From Ginglymostoma cirratum (taxonomy: Eukaryota), in the NCBI GenBank assembly GCA_024137785.1, contig JAHRHZ010000111.1:16562509-16626508 (forward strand): DNA of 64,000 nucleotides, read 5' to 3'. This document shows, one piece after another, positions 60,421 to 64,000 of the stretch. The translations under genes and the position numbers were made by a program. Below the pieces are notes generated by a model, which was not told the origin of the DNA, ran no database searches, and saw nothing but the letters and a program-made list of their open reading frames with translations. The number at the start of each line of letters is the position of its first letter. Position 1 is the first letter of the stretch.

Positions 60421-63400
60421 GAAACATCAACCTTAACTAGAGGACATTTTGCCTTCATTCTTTTCACTTTTAATAAGTAACTGCAGATTGTTGTAAATGT
60501 AGCTGGTTTAATTTTGTTTAACTTTAAATTTTAAATTTTCACAGAATGGATCAATCCAACATTTCTTGCCTCGGGTTTTCCTATGGCTACACTTGTGAAA
60601 TTCTGACTTTTAATGTTTACATGTCTTGGGAGAGCCATTTAATTAAATTGTGTGGTATATTTTCTTGTCTGAACACTGAGTTTCATAATTAAAAATGGTT
60701 GTTGAACAGAATCTTGCCTATTTATAATGAGCATCAATTTTCTCAATATGTTTTGCTATCCTAGCACTGGCAATTTTCAAATTAATGCATTGATGCAGTG
60801 GGAGGGAGCGTTGATACTGTCTAGGCTGGTCAGACCTTCTAAAGTCAAATCATTCATCTTAATGCTAGCAGCTCACTTGAAAAGGGGCTCAGAAATCATA
60901 ACTCTGTTGAGGTGGGGAGAGAGGAATCTTTAAAAGTATGTGTCCATTTATAACATCTGTCTTACCTCTTTAAACAAAAAGCTGCAAATAATTGCAATGT
61001 GACTTTTGACAGGGTGCTTGGTAGTTCAAAATGGCTGGCCAAATCCATCATTTGGGAGAATAAATATGCAAGCAGGATTCAGTGCTGTCCATGAATGATA
61101 CTGCAGTACATTACGTGACCCACTTAATTGACAACTGACAAAGCAGAAGTGATTCATCATGAGATGTATGTAAAGTGGGTTGTTCTATATTTTGCACCAT
61201 CAACATATTTTTTTCAGAGGATGGTAATGTAGCATGCATAGAAGTCAGTACTGGGCAGGTTCAGCAGTTTGTGTGCTATCTGCTAGGAACAGAAACAGTA
61301 GGAGCCAATCTGTATACTTTGGAGAAGTTTCCAAGATTATCTACAATTATCCGCTATGCTTGCCACCAAGTATTGCCCAAGAAAACCTGGTCCATATTTA
61401 TTGCAGGTGTCTGTCAAACTATATCACAATCCTTACAGTTCTTTCACTGTTTATGGTGAGGAAATTGTCTGATGTAATAGCCTTCATACCCACCAGAGAC
61501 AGTGTTTTAAAAGCATTATTTTATTGGTTGTGAACACTTTGATGCCTAGAGATTGTGAAAGTTTTTATGAATTGCTAATTCTTGCTTACTTTCTTGTTTT
61601 TTTTCTGTCATCATTACTCTTGTATGTAAAAAGTCTTGCCATACTGACAACTTAAAAGGGTGACACAAGCAAGCATACATGAATGAAGCCAACCTGAAAG
61701 ATACACAGTCATTACTGCGCCCAGGATCTGTTGCAGTGTCAACACATCTTTGTTAATGTGTATGCACCCTTTCAATCCTCAGTGTTTCAGGACTATGACT
61801 CACTTTGCAGTACAAGACTGGGGTGAGTACAAAGCATGGAGCCAAAACTCAACGTGAGTTCAGATTTTAACAGTCTTGGAGGTGTCCTCACCTGCCAGAG
61901 AATCGAGGAGTAACTGAAGGCAAAAATAATCCAGCTTCCAACTAACAAAATTCTGTTGAGTTTCTTCTCCTTCATTCTCTCAAACTCGGTGCATATTAAT
62001 GGTTTATCTGCCTGTTTGTATTCTACATTCTAAGTTCTACCCAAAGGTATATTTCAGAGACAGCACTGTACCAGGTTGAAAGGTGATGATGCTGTGAGTT
62101 TGATATCTTCCAGTCAGGTGAAGGCAGACCCTGTCAACAAGTCCAAGGTAAGATTGAAAGGATGAAAACTTGTTTTCTTTTTAAACAGGATCTCCTACAC
62201 AGGACTGAATACAGAACTTCAATCAGCCTCCTCCTATGATAGCAACCAAATGCTGGGCTTTCAGCAGCATGTGGCAGGTGTGTACTGGTGATGCATCCAT
62301 AATGACACTGATGCTCACATAACCATAGAAAGTGAGGTGCCTTCCCACCAACCCTATCAAATGCAACACAGTCAGTGCAGGGGACAAAATATTTGGATCT
62401 GTGGGTTGTCCAACCGGATCACATTTTATCTGTGTACATGAAATGGCTTCGTATATCATACTGGATGCTCTTTTGCTGTAAATGAGTCTCGAATACTGTC
62501 ATTCAAATACATTTTTTCTAAAGGAATAAACAGAAGAATGTTAGTCTCTTCTGTAAGATTCATTGAAATTTTCACAATACAGCAGAACTCTTTTGTTGGC
62601 TCCACTTTTAACAGGTCTGTTGACTTTGCCACCTCATCGTTAGTACCTTAGTAAAGTTTACAAATGATATGACGTATATCTCCCTACCCCCACCTGTAAC
62701 TTTAGTCAGTAGATGGCAGGCTTGCTACATGGGGAATCATCTACTGCCGTTTGCACTGATTGCATTAAATACAGATTTTGCATGGTAAGTTTTGAAATAG
62801 AAGGTATTATTTCGAATATCATCTACCTACAAAACCAATGTAAAGCAAATATTTTATTTTCATTGATTATTATCTTATTTGGTATAGAATTTGGACATGT
62901 GAACAATGCAGGGAATAGCTGTAATATTTCTTAAGTTAAGGTCAGTCGCAATGCTTCCTTTCAGAATTCTGAAGCCCTACTGAGTCTTTCAATCAATGTC
63001 AGCACTAACATTTTAGCAACAACCTGATTTCTTCATCTGTTAATTCATCGAAGTATCAATTGAAGTTAGAATACAATGCTTAACATCAAGGTCAAAATAA
63101 CTAAATAGAATATAAAACATTGGCAGCCTAGACATTTGCTAATTGAATTTGTTTGCCTCATTCACCAGCCAAAGTTCATCCTGGAGGAAAGCTAACATAA
63201 AGTTTACCAGCCACCTCTTCACCTTCTGCATTTAACACACTCTTCCAAGTATAGCACTTACACAGGCTTTTTTTTCTCACCAGGATTGAGACCATTTGTT
63301 GTTAAGCCAATTCTCTCCTGAAATGTTTCTCCTACCTCTGTTTTCCATGCACAGTCTATTTGTTGTGTTGTATAGCCCCTTTAAAGTTGATGTGCAGTTA

Positions 63401-63495
63401 TGAATGTGCACATCTTACAGTGGGACAGTATTTGTGTCCTACATAGCACTTTTCCAATTGCTGCACGATCACACAGCTCAGAGGGAATATTGTTC

Positions 63496-63545
63496 CTCTC
63501 TCTCTCTCTCTCTCACTCTCTCTCTCTCTGTCTCTCTCCCTCTCT
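63496..63545. repeat. Imperfect (CT)n microsatellite
   Basis: CT dinucleotide run with a few interruptions. Confidence 0.95.
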
Positions 63546-64000
63546 GTCATTTGAACCCTCAAGGCAATTTCTCTCTAGTGTTTCTTCCATCTTTCCATTT
63601 TCTCTTCCAGTTTTCTATCCATTTGCCCTAACTCTTGCTTTTACAACTGTATTCCCACTAAACTGCTTGCAAGCCAACTTCTCTTCCAGATACTCATGTT
63701 TTTAGATACTCCAAATGCTCCAACCTTATTAGACATTATCCTCCTCCTTTTCAAAACGATCAGATCCTACTCAAAAACTTACTCTCATTCTTCCAATCTC
63801 ACAACTCCCACCACACCTCTGATCTTTTACACACTTATGGTCCTGAGCATGCTTACACTTCACAGATGTGTAACACTTGCAGAAATAGCAAAGGGTTGGG
63901 TCTTGAAGTGTTAGGCAGATGAGGACTAGACACCATATGAATGTGAACTAGTAACATTTATTTATTACTAAAGTAAGATTTATGGTAAAGTATGACTTTA

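Noticed and set aside
62148-62188. GTAAGA donor followed by a strong TTTCTTTTTAAACAG acceptor
   Set aside because: The implied 41-nt intron is too short for a typical vertebrate intron, and the flanking peptides are unrecognised.
1-64000. CRISPR arrays, operons or prokaryote-type systems
   Set aside because: No regularly spaced repeat-spacer array and no long intact ORFs. The content is typical vertebrate repeat-rich non-coding DNA.

Overview
AT-rich vertebrate genomic DNA. Four HE1-type V-SINEs and CR1/HER1-type LINE tails point to a cartilaginous fish (elasmobranch); this assignment is an inference. I recognise no intact protein-coding gene, tRNA, rRNA or CRISPR array, and the window reads as intergenic or deep-intronic. 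There is one 400-N assembly gap (10381-10780). Much of the window is decayed, often nested, mobile DNA: CR1 LINEs (including an ORF1 esterase relic), L2, RTE and Rex/Babar-like fragments, HE1 SINEs, Deu-domain SINEs, a second tRNA-derived SINE sharing its tail with a local LINE, PIF/Harbinger relics (Myb/SANT ORF plus a possible divergent transposase) and a probable solo LTR. The most interesting signal is a set of short repeats from about four families (A-D) carrying minimal type-I hammerhead ribozyme motifs (CUGANGA-N-stem II-GAAA-NN-UH), as known from Penelope-like retroelements. One copy (12973-13016, minus strand) has a complete catalytic core and a 5-bp helix I. Family A occurs six times as ~50-130 bp inserts, four of them with 10-14 bp target-site duplications. 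Families B and C occur as fold-back inverted repeats centred on the ribozyme. All family names come from motif recognition by eye, and boundaries of old repeats are approximate.
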